A DNA stretch of 64,000 nt, from positions 431,863-495,862 of the forward strand of contig CAZWBG010000001.1 of assembly GCA_964632215.1 (NCBI GenBank), read 5' to 3'. Both the position numbers and the translations under genes were made by a program. The notes beneath the pieces were generated by a model. The model searched no databases, had not been told where the DNA came from, and saw nothing but the letters and a program-made list of their open reading frames with translations. This document shows positions 61,320 to 64,000 of the stretch, one piece after another (the first letter of the stretch is position 1; every line of letters starts with the position of its first letter). This DNA is from an uncultured Candidatus Saccharibacteria bacterium (GTDB lineage Bacteria > Patescibacteriota > Saccharimonadia > Saccharimonadales > UBA7683).

Positions 61320-62909
61320 ATGGCTCAAGATCCTGTAGCCCACCGCGTTAAACAAATCAAACGCTACCGGACAAAGACACTCATGAGTCTCGTGACTCGT
61401 TCTTACGTATTACACCGTAAAGGCCTCGATGCGGAAATGCACAATATTATTTGTGATGAGTTTACGAAGCTTGGCGGTGTCTACATTAAGTTCTTACAAG
61501 GCGTACTCTTAAAGAGTTCACTGATGAAAAATTGGCGCAGTCCAAATCGGCTTAACATTTTTGAGAACTTAGAATCTGAGCCTATTAATATTCATCAGCT
61601 CGTACAAAAAGAATTATCCAGCACTAAGGTAGCGCAGATTTCTGGTATCAGCCCAGAACCATTTGCTGCCGGTAGTTTTGGTCAGGTCTATTTTGGGCAA
61701 CACATAGATGGTACGCCCATAGTTCTCAAGGTACTGCGCCCTATGGTGCGAGAGACGCTAGTCTTCGACCTTAAGTTGCTTGGCATATTTATGAAGAGCT
61801 TTAAGAGCAAACTTTACAACAATATGCAACTCAACATCAATCAGGCCATTGATGACTTCAAGCGAGCAACGTTACGCGAAACTGACTACATTGAAGAGGC
61901 TAGATTCGCAGACGAACTGTATCGTGCTTACAAAGACCATCCAAACTTTATTATTCCTAAAACATATTTAGAACTTTGTACACCAAATATTATCGTACAA
62001 GAATACTTAGGTGGTATATCAGTTGCCCAGCTGATTAAATTTCAGGAGCAAGGTGTAGATATTCGGGCTTACGTACAAGAACAGTTTCAGTCCGATCTTA
62101 ATACGCAGCTTAAAACGATTGGAAGTGAGCTAATTTATGGTATATTTGCTCTGCCGCGAGTCCAAGGTGATCCGCACCCAGGCAACATCAAGATTCTAGA
62201 AAACAACAGGGTTGGAATGATCGATTTTGGTATCTCAGCAAAATCACCACAAGAGAAGGCGGCTTTTTATGCCCTACTCCAACAATACGAAAAGCTCTTA
62301 CGCGGTGATGTTGACGTCCCGGCTTTATTTGGTCAATTCTTGCGCTTTTTTGTGAGTGATCTCTACCGAGCACTTAAAAAAATAACCACCCTCCTACCCG
62401 GAGATGATCGGACAAATGATCTAACCAGGCAAATGGGACTTGTGGCAGAGCGTAACTTTCATAAAGAAATGGGTAGCAGTGATGTGCAGAATATTATTGA
62501 AAACGGCAATATCTTAAGCATGGTTAACCAAGTAGTGAACAAAGGTAATCGCTTTGGGCTCGTTATGAAGATTGAAGATAGTGAAATGCTCCGTGCTGCT
62601 CAGAGCTATATCACCTTAGTAGAAAGCGTTGGTGGCCGCACGAGTGTACTGCCAGAAGTTTTTAACGAAGCTCTCTCTCGAGTTGCCCATGATTTTCCAG
62701 AATACACCCAAGATAGCCCGACCCTACCGAGCGTTAACCGAGCTATGGAGACCGTGAGTAAATGGCTTGAGCGAGTAGCCGACCGCGACCCAGCACTTTT
62801 TAAAAGTTTTATGGAGAAGATTAATGCGAGTAGTGCAGCTAAAAAGACTAAGCCTATCGTACCCAAAAAGCCTGTAGCCAGAGCTGCGGTACCAGATAGA
62901 AAAGCCTAA
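61320..62909 (+). CDS. ABC1/UbiB (AarF) family atypical protein kinase
   Basis: AAGSFGQVY.G......VLKVLRP, DY..EA, GDPHPGNI, and GMIDFG. Confidence 0.8.
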   Translation: MAQDPVAHRVKQIKRYRTKTLMSLVTRSYVLHRKGLDAEMHNIICDEFTKLGGVYIKFLQGVLLKSSLMKNWRSPNRLNIFENLESEPINIHQLVQKELSSTKVAQISGISPEPFAAGSFGQVYFGQHIDGTPIVLKVLRPMVRETLVFDLKLLGIFMKSFKSKLYNNMQLNINQAIDDFKRATLRETDYIEEARFADELYRAYKDHPNFIIPKTYLELCTPNIIVQEYLGGISVAQLIKFQEQGVDIRAYVQEQFQSDLNTQLKTIGSELIYGIFALPRVQGDPHPGNIKILENNRVGMIDFGISAKSPQEKAAFYALLQQYEKLLRGDVDVPALFGQFLRFFVSDLYRALKKITTLLPGDDRTNDLTRQMGLVAERNFHKEMGSSDVQNIIENGNILSMVNQVVNKGNRFGLVMKIEDSEMLRAAQSYITLVESVGGRTSVLPEVFNEALSRVAHDFPEYTQDSPTLPSVNRAMETVSKWLERVADRDPALFKSFMEKINASSAAKKTKPIVPKKPVARAAVPDRKA

Positions 62910-62949
62910 AACTCGTAAATTTTGTTAAAATATGATATACTAGCTAATT

Positions 62950-63138
62950 ATGTTCAAAGATATCATACTTTTTGTAAAATACCCTTACACCGCCGGAGTA
63001 ATTGCCACCATGTGGCTCGGTACGGCTATTCTGCTAGCTATCAATAGTGAGCTAGATGTTATCAACGTTGTACTCATTAACCTTGCGGCAAGCTGCGTAG
63101 TGGCCCTGCTTGGCTTTCGTGGTGGACAAGAAGCCTGA
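62950..63138 (+). CDS. Small two-helix membrane protein
   Basis: 62-aa hydrophobic ORF. Coding status is uncertain. Confidence 0.3.
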   Translation: MFKDIILFVKYPYTAGVIATMWLGTAILLAINSELDVINVVLINLAASCVVALLGFRGGQEA

Positions 63139-63174
63139 GTCTTGGTAGGTATCTAAGCTGATTTTCGAATCTCG

Positions 63175-63975
63175 TTACGGCTTTGCAACAAGTACTATGA
63201 TTTTTTGAGTCACTTCACGATTCTGACTTGTAATTCTATACCGTTGTTCTCGAATAAATTTAAGTGGCTTTTCATCCTTCTTCACAGAGTAGACAATTGA
63301 GCCCTTGGCTTGTGAACCTGGATCTAATTTAACAGTATCAAACTTCCCTTCATAGTCTGCTAGATTCTCAGGAACAAGCTGCCCTCCAGCAGCGTTTTCA
63401 AGACGGAAACTAAAAGCACCTACATCACTTGGCTTATCTTTTGCAGTATTACCCATTAAGAAATTGATCTTGACGAGTTCTTTTGTAGGATCTGCTTTAA
63501 AGTTTGGGTCATTTGGCTGGAAGTTACGTTCAACATTTGTCACCTTCAATACAAACCCGTCGGCATTCGCAAGCTGCTGACCAACTTCGCCTTCAGTTGT
63601 TTGATCTATATACTCAGGTGCTTTGAGTGTTGCTACGTCGAGGGTTTGAGTCTCAGGCTGTGGAGTCTCATCCTCAACAACTGGAGCTTCTTCTGCCTGA
63701 AGCTGAGCCTGCTGGGCTTGAAATGCAGCTGCTGCGGCATTTTTACCAGCACTTTGACCACTGGTATAACCCATAAACCATGCTCCACCTGCAAGTGCTA
63801 TAGCCACTACAATACCCAGGCCGACAACCAGTACAGCCTTACCCTTACCGCCAGAAGCAGGAGGTAGCGGTGCCTGTGTCTGCATAGGATCTATCGGTTG
63901 CTGCCAACTACTCTCGACTGGGGTAGGCATACCTGGAGCGGCTGGCATTTGATATGGGTCAATCATGGGCTGCAT
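63175..63975 (-). CDS. Pro-rich, membrane-anchored DUF4352-domain surface protein
   Basis: Pro/Gln-rich N-terminus, one TM, then FVLKVTNVERN...INFLMGNT......F.L......L.PG....G.IVY. The true start may lie beyond 63975 or the window end. Confidence 0.65.
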   Translation of the reverse strand: MQPMIDPYQMPAAPGMPTPVESSWQQPIDPMQTQAPLPPASGGKGKAVLVVGLGIVVAIALAGGAWFMGYTSGQSAGKNAAAAAFQAQQAQLQAEEAPVVEDETPQPETQTLDVATLKAPEYIDQTTEGEVGQQLANADGFVLKVTNVERNFQPNDPNFKADPTKELVKINFLMGNTAKDKPSDVGAFSFRLENAAGGQLVPENLADYEGKFDTVKLDPGSQAKGSIVYSVKKDEKPLKFIREQRYRITSQNREVTQKIIVLVAKP

Positions 63976-64000
63976 ACCGGGTGCCTGCGTTGGAATTGTT

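Overview
This 64-kb slice comes from a compact, generally A+T-leaning bacterial chromosome. It holds about 70 plausible protein genes and 6 tRNA genes, with no rRNA and no CRISPR array. All calls come from reading the sequence and ORF translations by eye; no database search or folding program was run.

The backbone is housekeeping: DEAD-box helicase, rsmA, RpfB-like G5 wall hydrolase, pcrA, a pyk-pgk-tpiA block, def, a UmuD'-like/UmuC-like pair, a sensor kinase with two stand-alone receiver proteins, folD, glyA, murB, an XRE-HTH::MurA fusion, an M50 protease, sortase, a membrane-anchored double-AAA+ Clp-like ATPase, a UbiB-like kinase, four Nudix hydrolases, and DUF4352/DUF4190 surface proteins. 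Gene content and style fit a reduced-genome Gram-positive-type or Patescibacteria (Saccharibacteria-like) organism, but that taxonomy is inference only.

Five things stand out:
1. The 3' side of tRNA-Lys(CUU) carries a ~4.7-kb array of seven same-strand single-gene cassettes (YdeI-like, small membrane protein, Nudix, HD, NADAR, two unknowns). The cassettes are separated by a composite repeat: a block ending in the tRNA terminus CCCTCCA, a hairpin with T-run, then an extended -10 placed 6 nt before the next ATG.
2. Beside tRNA-Lys, tRNA-Arg(UCG) and tRNA-Pro(UGG) lie pseudo-copies of the tRNA 3' half. Each is split at a fixed T-loop position by one of two conserved hairpin-insert families, and both families share the octamer TTCTGCGA.
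3. A ~5.9-kb integrative island abuts tRNA-Glu(UUC). Its large serine recombinase ORF ends inside the tRNA gene, and it carries a DUF4238 protein (a candidate anti-phage gene).
4. Visibly G+C-rich islets are scattered in the A+T-leaning backbone: purH, purE-purC, an orphan gene wedged between pgk and tpiA, and several other orphans. Most have their own GC-rich hairpins.
5. Many genes have a -10-like hexamer exactly 6 nt upstream of the start codon, suggesting widespread leaderless mRNAs.
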